Source: Octopus bimaculoides (lineage: Eukaryota). Taken from it: a stretch of 34,771 bases of DNA. The translations under genes were made by a program, and so were the position numbers. Every line of letters starts with the position of its first letter. The stretch's first letter is position 1. The stretch lies in contig NC_069003.1 of assembly GCF_001194135.2 (NCBI RefSeq), positions 25,727,661 through 25,762,431 of the forward strand, read 5' to 3'. The notes beneath the pieces are model-generated. The model had not been told where the DNA came from. It saw nothing but the letters and a program-made list of their open reading frames with translations, and did not search any database. Positions 25,335 to 34,771 of this stretch are shown here, in pieces.

Positions 25335-25986
25335 GTTTGTTTTGTCGACAGATATTTTTCATTGTATTTTCTGTTCTCTTCCACTCTATTCGATTTGCCC
25401 GATCATTTAAATTTAGGCGCTAGTTTTTTCTGTAACTTTTAAATTGTGTACATAGTTTGTAATCAAGATTCGACCTGTTTTAATTAGATTGTATACTACT
25501 TTCTATCGATCAAGCAAGCACTGTGACATAAATAATTGCTTTAATATCAATATCCTAGCCTCCGTTGCAAGTTTGACAAAGAATTTTTAAAAATTAACTT
25601 ACAGTTTAGGAATCGTAGTTAAGGGTTACAAAAGTTGACTTACGTTGTGTAAGAGAGATAACAGGTGATTTATAAATAATTTGTTAGAGTTCCGGTCTCC
25701 GGTGGATACAGTAACGGCTTTAGTTATAGATTCAAGAAAGGAATATGGATATTAGCCTCCCAGGTTCAAACACAACCTGCTATTTGGCAACGAATAACAT
25801 CTCGCTGTCACCCGGCCTTGGTGTACGGGTAAAGCCATGGAAAGCGGCGTGATGGTTGTGCAACCTCGGCGAAAGAGCCATCCATTAACCAGCGGCGATA
25901 TCTGCTGGACAGATGAAGCTCAGGATGTCAATAAGTTCCCGAATTGTTTTCTATTACTATCGTTCTAGAAATCTGATGTCTATTAC

Positions 25987-26385
25987 CTTTTACTTGTTTC
26001 AGTCATAGATTACGGCCATGCTGGGGCACTGCCTCGAAGAATTTTTAATTAACCCCAAGCAAAAGTTTATCAAACAAAAGTTATATTTCCATACCTTAGC
26101 AGTTCAGCCAAAAAGAAGAAAAAAAAAAACAAAAAAAACAGACCAATAGAATACTTAAGTTTTCTCTTTTTATGCCCGATAATTATTCTGTTGGTCTGTT
26201 TTTTTTCTTTTTTTTTGCACACACGTACACACACATGATGGGCTTCTTTCAGTTTCTGTCTCTCAAATCCATTCTCAAGGCTTTGGTTGGCCTGGGGCTA
26301 TAGTAAAGGACACTTGACCAATGTGGCACGCAGTGGGATTGAACCAAGAAAAATGTGGCTGGGAAGCAAGCTTCTTAACATACAG
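25987..26385 (-). mobile_element. SINE family C copy (rearranged middle), URM1 intron 1
   Basis: Both ends match 11413-11807. Confidence 0.8.
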
Positions 26386-26954
26386 CTAAATATAGCAGTC
26401 AAATTTTTCCATGAATCACCCAGTACCATCTACAATAATAAAAGCAAAATTCTGTCTGTCCATCTGGGACCCCAATATCTCACTTGCTCTATATAGACAT
26501 GTTATACCTTTTTGGAATCAGGATGATCCTGGGATTGAGAATCTACCTTTCATTTGGTTTTTGAACATCTAAACATTGGGATCTGATTTAAAAGCATCTG
26601 GGTTGCTATTTCTAGCAGGTAAAGCTTGACTGATGCACACTATCTTGGCTGGCGTTTACCAGATGCTATCAGAGATCAAGGGGGAGATAAATAACATTCA
26701 CTTTGTTAATTTTATGTCAGAACAAAAACTTTGGGACAAATTGGAATTCAACTTGGGACTGGAACAATAGAATGATTGCATTACAGAATTCTCATTCGTT
26801 CTTAACCTCTGAGCAAACACTGTCAGGGCATATAGTCATTATAGACGTATTATAGTCATGCTATTTAGCTGTCTTCAGTTTTGCCTGGTGTGCTAACGAT
26901 TTTGCCAACTTGCCGCCTGAACCTATTGTAAAAAGGATTGTTATTATTATTGTT

Positions 26955-27050
26955 ACTAGCTGGCCCCGTGCCGTCAAAAATGATGGCTAATTGTAGTATT
27001 TTATAGATAATTATGGATGGTAAATCAAATTGATACTCATGTCAATGTTA
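26955..27050 (+). mobile_element. Possible non-autonomous Helitron/Helentron terminus
   Basis: ACTAGCTGGCCCCGT followed by the hairpin gccgtca-aaaa-tgatggc after a T-rich site. Confidence 0.3.
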
Positions 27051-27157
27051 TCCAGTGGTTGTCTTTTGAGATGTGACATCAATCATCATTTGTTACTGAA
27101 AGAACGCTGGTTCACATATACAAACATTCACATACTTCCCTTGTACATGCACATACA

Positions 27158-27542
27158 GTGGAGGCGCAATGGCCCAGTGGTTAGGGCAGCGGACTCGCGG
27201 TCATAGGATTGTGTTTTCGATTCCCAGACCGGGTGTTGTGAGTGTTTATTGAGCGAAAACACCTAAAGCTCCATGAGGCTCCGGCAGGGGATGGTGGGCG
27301 AACCCTGCTGTACTCTTTCACCACAACTTTCTCTCACTCTTACTTCCTGTTTCTGTTGTGCCTGTAATTCAAAGGGTCAGCCTTGTCACACTCTGTGTCA
27401 CGCTGAATATCCCCGAGAACTACATTAAGGGTACACGTGTCTGTGGAGTGCTCAGCCACTTGCACGTTAATTTCACAAGCAGGCTGTTCCGTTGACCGAT
27501 CAACTGGAACCCTCGACGTCGTAAGCGACGGAGTGCCAACAA
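27158..27542 (+). mobile_element. tRNA(Arg)-derived SINE, family A1, full length with 13-bp TSD, in URM1 intron 1
   Basis: A/B boxes; flanked by direct repeat acatgcacataca (27145-27157 and 27543-27555). Confidence 0.93.
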
Positions 27543-27925
27543 ACATGCACATACATACACACACATATACTCACACAGAGTTGAAATGCTGTTTGATTTT
27601 TTCTTTTCAGCATTGAATGCTCACCATTCCACTTCCATTGCACACACACACACGCACACACAAACATTCATGTACCCTCCTTTTACTTACACACACACAC
27701 ATGCTCACATAGAGTTGAAATGCTCCCACTACCAGTTTGCCATCACCCCTTCCTTTCTCATTCATATATTGTGATGAAGAAAAACACGAGTATTATTACA
27801 GTAGATTTATTAAGCTAGTGCAGTGTCATAAGCAGTGGAGTGTCAGAATATTTAGCTTTATCCATTCGATCAATGATTGTCAACTTGTTGGAATTTATGT
27901 AATGATCCTAGTTTCTCTTTGACAG

Positions 27926-27999
27926 TGGTGGTGCTGAACTCCTTTTCGACAAAATCAAGAAACATCAGATCAAATTGCCCCTCGAAGATAACAAACAAT
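27926..27999 (+). CDS. URM1: URM1 exon 2: (S)GGAELLFDKIKKHQIKLPLEDNKQ(W)
   Basis: Acceptor tttctctttgacag; 74 nt; donor T|GTAAAT, phase 1. Carries the GGAELLF hallmark. Confidence 0.96.
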
Positions 28000-28346
28000 G
28001 TAAATACATCATTATCTAAATTCTCAGTGTTGTTGTTGTTGTTGTTGTTGTTGTAATTGGTTTGTTAATCAAGTATTTGGTATGTGGTCGATAGGTAACA
28101 GAGTTGATTGTGGACAAAAATACCTTGTGGTATTTGACTATGTGGCTTTACATCCTTCAGGCATTGACGTGAGTGTAGTTTTGAAGGCAGTGCCCCAGCA
28201 TCGCCACACTCCAAGGACTGAAGCCAGTACATTTTGTTGAGATCAAAATTTAGTTATATGGCTGATATGAAGAGCACATACACACACACACACACACTCA
28301 CACACGCATATGTAAACACATGTGCACACACATGCACACACAAATG

Positions 28347-28380
<34 letters not shown>

Positions 28381-28383
<3 letters not shown>

Positions 28384-28437
28384 TCCAACCCATGCTAGCA
28401 TGGAAAGCGGACGTTAAACGATGATGATGATGATGAT
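28381..28437 (+). repeat. LINE/SINE 3'-tail fragment ending in (GAT)n
   Basis: gtccaacccatgctagcatggaaagcggacgttaaacgatgatgat; inverted copy at 29981-30028. Confidence 0.75.
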
Positions 28438-29048
28438 NNNNNNNNNNNNNNNNNNNNNNNNNNNNNNNNNNNNNNNNNNNNNNNNNNNNNNNNNNNNNNN
28501 NNNNNNNNNNNNNNNNNNNNNNNNNNNNNNNNNNNNNNNNNNNNNNNNNNNNNNNNNNNNNNNNNNNNNNNNNNNNNNNNNNNNNNNNNNNNNNNNNNNN
28601 NNNNNNNNNNNNNNNNNNNNNNNNNNNNNNNNNNNNNNNNNNNNNNNNNNNNNNNNNNNNNNNNNNNNNNNNNNNNNNNNNNNNNNNNNNNNNNNNNNNN
28701 NNNNNNNNNNNNNNNNNNNNNNNNNNNNNNNNNNNNNNNNNNNNNNNNNNNNNNNNNNNNNNNNNNNNNNNNNNNNNNNNNNNNNNNNNNNNNNNNNNNN
28801 NNNNNNNNNNNNNNNNNNNNNNNNNNNNNNNNNNNNNNNNNNNNNNNNNNNNNNNNNNNNNNNNNNNNNNNNNNNNNNNNNNNNNNNNNNNNNNNNNNNN
28901 NNNNNNNNNNNNNNNNNNNNNNNNNNNNNNNNNNNNNNNNNNNNNNNNNNNNNNNNNNNNNNNNNNNNNNNNNNNNNNNNNNNNNNNNNNNNNNNNNNNN
29001 NNNNNNNNNNNNNNNNNNNNNNNNNNNNNNNNNNNNNNNNNNNNNTTA

Positions 29049-29386
29049 CAGTTTTATATTTAAGAGATGAGGAATTACGTACATTATTTACATTATTTAT
29101 GTTTGACGGATATTTGTCCTCATCTTGTTTGTTGTTAACACAACGTTTTGATTGATATACCATCCAGCCTTCATCAGGTGTCTTGGGGGAAATTTCGAAC
29201 CTGGGTTCTCATTCCTAAGGTATTTTTCAATGTTATTATTATTATTGTTATTGTTCAGGTCACTGTTTGGAATCGAACTCGGAATGTTGGGGTTAGTAGC
29301 CTGCGCTCTTAACCACTACACCATATACCCACAAGCATATGGCGTAAATAATGTACATAATTCCTCATTTCTTAAATATAGAACTG
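29049..29386 (-). mobile_element. TA-flanked 43-bp-TIR element containing a tRNA-like head and a degenerate hammerhead motif
   Basis: TIRs 29049-29091 and 29344-29386 (40/43 match), TA on both sides, termini CAGTT/AACTG. Minus-strand A box TGGTGTAGTGG (29313-29323) and B box GAGTTCGATTCC (29269-29280). Confidence 0.85.
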
Positions 29387-29491
29387 TACTCTGATCTCTT
29401 CTTGAGATTTTACAACTGGCTACTTTGCTTGATATGTATATAATATTTGCATGGATTTGTTACATAGTCTCTCATTAAACATCTTCTTCAG

Positions 29492-29573
29492 GGAAAATCA
29501 AAGATCTGCTACCATGGATCCGTGATAATATGTTGAAAGAAAGACCTGAACTTTTCCTTCAAGGACACAGTGT
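29492..29573 (+). CDS. URM1: URM1 exon 3: (W)[26 protein letters not shown](V)
   Basis: Acceptor catcttcttcag; 82 nt; donor GT|GTAAGT. Carries the LKERPELF motif typical of URM1. Confidence 0.97.
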
Positions 29574-29663
29574 GTAAGTAATGTTTTGCGACCCCCAGGT
29601 CTGAAACATCGTATTCCTTTTCTACCCATCATGTACAAAATAATTATCCAACTTCATCAACTT

Positions 29664-29897
29664 CTTATTTCTTTATTGCCCACAAGGGGCTAAACATAGA
29701 GGGGACAAACAAGGACAGACAAAGGGATTAAGTCGATTACATCGACCCCAGTGCGTAACTGGTACTTATTTAATCGACCCCGAAAGGATGAAAGGCAAAG
29801 TTGATCTTGGCAGAATTTGAACTCAGAATGTAGCAGCAGACGAAATACTGCTATGCATTTTGCCCGGTGTGCTAACGTTTCTGCCAGCTCGTCGCCT
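29664..29897 (-). mobile_element. SINE family B copy in URM1 intron 3
   Basis: Same head, B box and core as the other B copies. Confidence 0.88.
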
Positions 29898-29951
29898 CAC
29901 CAACTTCTTGCCAACACAAAACCCCAATGGCTTCCTGTGACCCTATTTTAA

Positions 29952-30206
29952 CCCTTTAGCATTCAAATTACTCTGTCAAATCATCATCATCGTTTAACGT
30001 CCGCTTTCCATGCTAGCATGGGTTGGACTGTAGTACGTATTTATTTGCATTATTCTGAATTAATCGCATATCATCTCATAGCTTCAAGATTTTTATGATG
30101 TAATTGTTTTACATTTAGAATAGCATTTTAGGGTAGGCATGAGAGGCAGGATCTGGTCAATTTGAACATAATTGGGCTGAATATGGTCAGTTTGAATGCT
30201 AAAGAG
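29952..30206. mobile_element. piggyBac-like MITE (TTAA|CCCTTTAGCATTCAAA ... TTTGAATGCTAAAGAG) with a nested LINE-tail fragment
   Basis: 16-bp TIRs with one mismatch; TTAA on the left. The right TSD is truncated by the inverted URM1 duplicate. Confidence 0.7.
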
Positions 30207-30427
30207 TTGGTGTATATAGATTTATTTAACCTCCACGTAACGTTGATATAAATACAATTTTATCATTTGATTCAATTTGATATTCCAGTTTACCCTGCAA
30301 TGGATGAGAGCAAAAAATGGTATTTAGATAGAGGGATACACAAACAACTACTGGAATATCACATACAACCATACTTACACTTACACACATACATCCACAC
30401 TCACATCTGTATGTATAGATACCTATA
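30206..30427 (-). pseudogene. URM1: Inverted partial duplicate of URM1 intron-4 end, exon 5 and 3' flank, inside intron 3
   Basis: Reverse complement aligns ungapped to ~31734-31956, with 12 mismatches over the 215 bp counted. The exon copy (30226-30294) reads GKLEYQIESNDKIVFISTLRGG* behind an intact ttgcag acceptor. Confidence 0.95.
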
Positions 30428-30597
30428 TACCAACTCTTTGTTTGAAAAAGTAAAGGAGTCTTTGATTGCTGTAGAATGGCTTGTGATTATAATCCCAGCC
30501 CATTCGGGGTTTACTTCAGGTAAAACAATAACAACAACAACAACAACAGTAATTGGAGTGAAAATATTTCTTCAGCTTTGTTTATTTTATTCTTCAG

Positions 30598-30646
30598 GCG
30601 ACCTGGAATTTTAGTCCTAATCAATGATGCAGACTGGGAATTAATG
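30598..30646 (+). CDS. URM1: URM1 exon 4: (V)RPGILVLINDADWELM
   Basis: Acceptor ttttattcttcag; 49 nt; donor ATG|GTAAGT. Carries the RPGILVLINDADWEL signature. Confidence 0.98.
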
Positions 30647-30721
30647 GTAAGTCTTCATGTCATCCATTTTTCCCTCTCTCTCTTTCGGAGAGGCACAAGC
30701 ACATACACAGACATATACACA

Positions 30722-30860
30722 CACGGCAGTAACTTCCGCCTACCACATTCAATCACAAGGCTTCGGTCGGCCCAGGGCTATAGCAGAAGACACTTGCCCA
30801 AAGTGCCACGCAGTGGAACTGAACCCGAAACCATGTAGCTGGGAAGCAAGCTTCCTACAT
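30722..30860 (-). mobile_element. SINE family C 5' half, URM1 intron 4
   Basis: cacaaggcttcggtcggcccagggctatagcagaagacacttgcccaaagtgcc matches family C. Confidence 0.85.
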
Positions 30861-31154
30861 ATTTGTTTATTAGTTTTTCAATTCATTAATCAATGCATGC
30901 ATGTATTAGATGAATATGTTTGTTAAAGAACTGTTTTACTAGCAGATCCCTTTCCTGTCACTAACTCTTACTTACCTGTTTTTCAAGTAATAGGTCCCTA
31001 ATTTCACACCACTATCAAAGGTGAGAAGAGGATTTGTTGATAGGCAAATGACAACACCACAACCACTTGTAGCAAGCAACATTTGTAGAGGGAAAATGTA
31101 AGCGCACACACACGCATGTACACACACACACACACACACACACTCACATGCGCA

Positions 31155-31310
31155 ATTGGCTTCTTTTAGTTTCCTTCTACCAAGGCCACTAACAAGGCTT
31201 TGGTTGACCCAGGGTTATATTAGAAGACACTTGCCCAAAGTGCCATGCAGTGGGACTGAACCTGAAACCATACAGTTGGGAAACAACCTTCTTAATCACA
31301 ATGCCATACT
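31155..31310 (-). mobile_element. SINE family C 5' half, URM1 intron 4
   Basis: Same motif set as the other C copies. Confidence 0.85.
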
Positions 31311-31867
31311 TGCGCATATATACTCATGTATTGTGTAACCATGTACACACACACACTAGTACACATTCAGTCACATACATACATACTAAACACACACACA
31401 CCCACACACACACACACACACACAGAGTTATGCATGGGCTAATAAAATGTATTGAAGAAAAAGAAATAAAAATCATGATTAATTCAAGGAAAGTATACTT
31501 GTAATCTTGTAATTAAAAGAATCATTAATGGTAATTCTTGTCAGAAAGAACAAAAGAGACAACTTTGAAAACCAAATTTCATTAAAGAATGAAGACACAA
31601 CAGTTGGTAGTAATTATGATGCTTAGTTAGTAAAGAGAAGACAACTATAGACATAGTTGAATCTTATTTGATCTCCTCAGTGGAACAGTCTGACCTGCAT
31701 GTACCAGACTTTAGATTAGCTGAAATAATATAAATATAGATATTTATACATACAGATGTGTGTGTGGATGTATGTGTGTATGTGTAAGTAAGGTTGTGTG
31801 TAATATTCCAGTAGTTGTTTGTGTATCCTTCTATCTAAATACCATTTTTTGCTCTCTTCCATTGCAG

Positions 31868-31936
31868 GGTGAACTGGAATATCAAATTGAATCAGACGAT
31901 AAAATTGTATTTATATCAACGTTACATGGAGGTTAA
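31868..31936 (+). CDS. URM1: URM1 exon 5 (terminal): GELEYQIESDDKIVFISTLHGG*
   Basis: Acceptor ctctcttccattgcag; ends with the C-terminal di-glycine ISTLHGG then TAA. Total CDS 32+74+82+49+69=306 nt = 101 aa + stop. Confidence 0.98.
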   Translation, partial: GELEYQIESDDKIVFISTLHGG

Positions 31937-31941
31937 ATAAA
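31936..31941 (+). terminator. Putative URM1 polyadenylation signal AATAAA overlapping the stop codon
   Basis: GGT TAA ATAAA; U/GU-rich tract (tgttgttaattattcttttcttttattttgtt) ~30-60 nt downstream. Confidence 0.5.
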
Positions 31942-31996
31942 TCTATATACACCAACCAATTAACGACATGTTGTTAATTATTCTTTTCTTTTATTT

Positions 31997-32200
31997 TGTT
32001 ACTTGTTTCAGTCAAACTGTGGCCATGCTGCAGCACCACCTTAAAGAATTTTAGTCGAAGAATCAACCCCAGTACTCATTTTTTTTTAAAGTCTGGTACT
32101 TATTCTGTTGGTCTCTTGCTGAACTGCTAGGTTATGTGAATGTAAACACACCAACACTGGTTGTCAAGTAATGGTGGGGACAAATACAACACAGGACACA
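31997..32200 (-). mobile_element. SINE family C 3' half just downstream of URM1
   Basis: acttgtttcagtca...ggccatgctgcagcaccacc...ggtgggacaaa-like segment matches 11413-11600. Confidence 0.8.
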
Positions 32201-33012
32201 CACACATGCATATATATATATATATATATATANNNNNNNNNNNNNNNNNNNNNNNNNNNNNNNNNNNNNNNNNNNNNNNNNNNNNNNNNNNNNNNNNNNN
32301 NNNNNNNNNNNNNNNNNNNNNNNNNNNNNNNNNNNNNNNNNNNNNNNNNNNNNNNNNNNNNNNNNNNNNNNNNNNNNNNNNNNNNNNNNNNNNNNNNNNN
32401 NNNNNNNNNNNNNNNNNNNNNNNNNNNNNNNNNNNNNNNNNNNNNNNNNNNNNNNNNNNNNNNNNNNNNNNNNNNNNNNNNNNNNNNNNNNNNNNNNNNN
32501 NNNNNNNNNNNNNNNNNNNNNNNNNNNNNNNNNNNNNNNNNNNNNNNNNNNNNNNNNNNNNNNNNNNNNNNNNNNNNNNNNNNNNNNNNNNNNNNNNNNN
32601 NNNNNNNNNNNNNNNNNNNNNNNNNNNNNNNNNNNNNNNNNNNNNNNNNNNNNNNNNNNNNNNNNNNNNNNNNNNNNNNNNNNNNNNNNNNNNNNNNNNN
32701 NNNNNNNNNNNNNNNNNNNNNNNNNNNNNNNNNNNNNNNNNNNNNNNNNNNNNNNNNNNNNNNNNNNNNNNNNNNNNNNNNNNNNNNNNNNNNNNNNNNN
32801 NNNNNNNNNNNNNNNNNNNNNNNNNNNNNNNNNNNNNNNNNNNNNNNNNNNNNNNNNNNNNNNNNNNNNNNNNNNNNNNNNNNNNNNNNNNNNNNNNNNN
32901 NNNNNNNNNNNNNNNNNNNNNNNNNNNNNNNNNNNNNNNNNNNNNNNNNNNNNNNNNNNNNNNNNNNNNNNNNNNNNNNNNNNNNNNNNNNNNNNNNNNN
33001 NNNNNNNNNNNN

Positions 33013-33050
<38 letters not shown>

Positions 33051-33221
33051 TTATAGATCTCTACCAAAAATTTGGTAAAAATATTGTACCTGTTATCAAC
33101 GTAGCAAAATTTTCATATGAAAGGTTGTTTATCATATAATTTTGTGTGCATATCAATTTAAATAAGAGCTATAACACGATCCATCGTAAAAACTTTTTTA
33201 ATGACCTATGTACATTTCCAT

Positions 33222-33625
33222 ACCCAAAATTTCTCAAGTTCTGATAGTGACTCAGCAATAAGAACAAGATCATTGGTGTCGAGAAGCTCCCAAGGGCAGC
33301 CATTCTTAAATTCCTCAGTTATAGCTTGGAGGAGTATGATAAACAAGAGGGGTTAAGAACTGATCCCTGGTGGACTCCTGCTTGTACACTAAATTCCTTG
33401 CTATATTCATTGGCAACTTTCACCTTACTGGCAGCGTCCTTATAAATGGGTTTTACAGCTCTCATCAACCATCCATCTATCCCTGGATTCTGCATCACCC
33501 ACAGTAAAGGGAGTGGGAAACCTTGTCAAAGGCTTTCTCCATGTGAACAAAAGTCAGATGCAGAGGTTTATTTTTGGCCAAATATCTCTTCTGCATCTGC
33601 CTCACCAGGAAGATACATTTCTTAG
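33222..33625 (-). mobile_element. RTE-clade LINE reverse-transcriptase fragment (pseudogenised)
   Basis: IFLVRQMQKRYLAKNKPLHLTFVHMEKAFDKV (DLEKAFD motif), GVHQGSVLN (QG motif) and CPWELLDTNDLVLIAES (decayed YADD). Confidence 0.9.
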
Positions 33626-33726
33626 CCACACAGGGCTCAACGAAGATGGAAGATAACATTGGTGGTACTTCTACCCGGTACAAATCCAAGTTGCATCTCT
33701 CTATGCTAAATCTCCTATATATATAT

Positions 33727-34100
33727 ATGATGGGCTTCTTTCAGTTTCATTTGACCAAATCCACTCACAAGGCCTTGGTCAACCTGAGGTTATAGTAGAA
33801 GACACTTGCCCAAGGTGCCACACAGTGGGACTGAACCTGGAAGCATGTGGTTGGGAAGCAAACTTCTTACTACACAGTCATGCCTGTGCCTATTTATATT
33901 TCTATCCAAATCTTTATGCTACGATTTCAAATCTCTGACGGAATGAGATTTCAGTTTCCATCAACCAAATACTCTGACGAGGCTCCAATCCACCCGAGGC
34001 TATAGTGGAAGACACTTGCGCCAGGTGCCTAACTGGGGCATTCAACCTAAAGTCACATGGTTGAGAAGCGAACTTTTTAATTACAGAACCACGTCTGTAC
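33727..34100 (-). mobile_element. Two adjacent SINE family C 5' halves (33727-33890 and ~33946-34100)
   Basis: The motif gaggttatagtagaagacacttgcccaaggtgcc occurs twice, the second copy diverged. Confidence 0.8.
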
Positions 34101-34737
34101 CTCTACTGCATATATGTGTATATATGTGGTTGTCTCCATATGTGCATCTTACTGTGAAATCATAACTTTGAAAACACACCCACACACACACAGACACCAA
34201 CGAGAAAAGATTCCACATGAGCAAGTTTTTATTTTATATCTTGTGGCCATCGCAGTGTTGACGATATAGATTTTTCTCCAGGCGGGAATATAATGAATAT
34301 ATAGTATTAGTCATGTACAGTGGGTGGCGTGGTCGGATTGTTTGGAGTATAATAATAATAAATTTTAGATTCCAACCAAATAAAATCTTCCCTTTCAAAA
34401 TCTTTTAAATGAACATTATTTAGATAATGAATGGAAATAATTAGTAATTATAAATCTTCTCAGGCGAAAAATGATGAATATTTCCTCATATTTGTTGACT
34501 GGAGTTTATTAATTTTTTTTGGTAGACTTTAATTAGATTCTGTCGTTTGTTTTTGTATATTGCATTTCCTCTGAGAAAGCTCTGTGTGTGTGTGTGTGCT
34601 TGTTTTTTTGTTTGTGTGTATAAACATGACAATATTAATATATATGTTATAGACAGTACACCCTATACAAACTGTGTGGAGAAATTATTCATTTATGTAT
34701 GTATGTATTTATGTATGTATGTATGTATATATATATA

Positions 34738-34771
<34 letters not shown>

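Noticed and set aside
30267-30614. 115-aa + strand ORF MIQFDIPVYPAMDESKK...
   Set aside because: Merely reads through the antisense URM1 duplicate and intron sequence.
11413-34100. Most family-C SINE copies lie on the minus strand
   Set aside because: Small sample with at least one opposite copy (~28186-28230); compatible with ordinary intronic orientation bias.

Overview
AT-rich, gap-riddled animal genomic window, full of microsatellites and tRNA-derived SINEs. The repeat landscape resembles octopus (coleoid cephalopod) DNA, but this is inferred and not verified. It contains one complete five-exon URM1 gene on the + strand (CDS 25303-31936, 101 aa, ending STLHGG; all four introns GT-AG with consistent phases). 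It also contains a 1.9-kb open exon (17295-19226) encoding an unidentified, strongly acidic low-complexity protein. The rest is SINEs (three or four families), MITEs (Tc1/pogo-, hAT- and piggyBac-like) and decayed non-LTR fragments (RTE, R4-like, CRE-like, possibly Penelope). The most notable observation is an ungapped ~94% identical INVERTED copy of URM1 exon 5, with its splice acceptor, stop codon and poly(A) signal, inside URM1 intron 3. The pre-mRNA could fold into a ~215-bp duplex that loops out exon 4 and places an A:C mismatch on the conserved His99 codon, making it a candidate ADAR editing/processing switch. Second is a TIR-bounded element in intron 2 carrying a Pol III tRNA-like head and a degenerate minimal hammerhead ribozyme. 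Most ORFs in the supplied track are artefacts of microsatellites and N-gaps.
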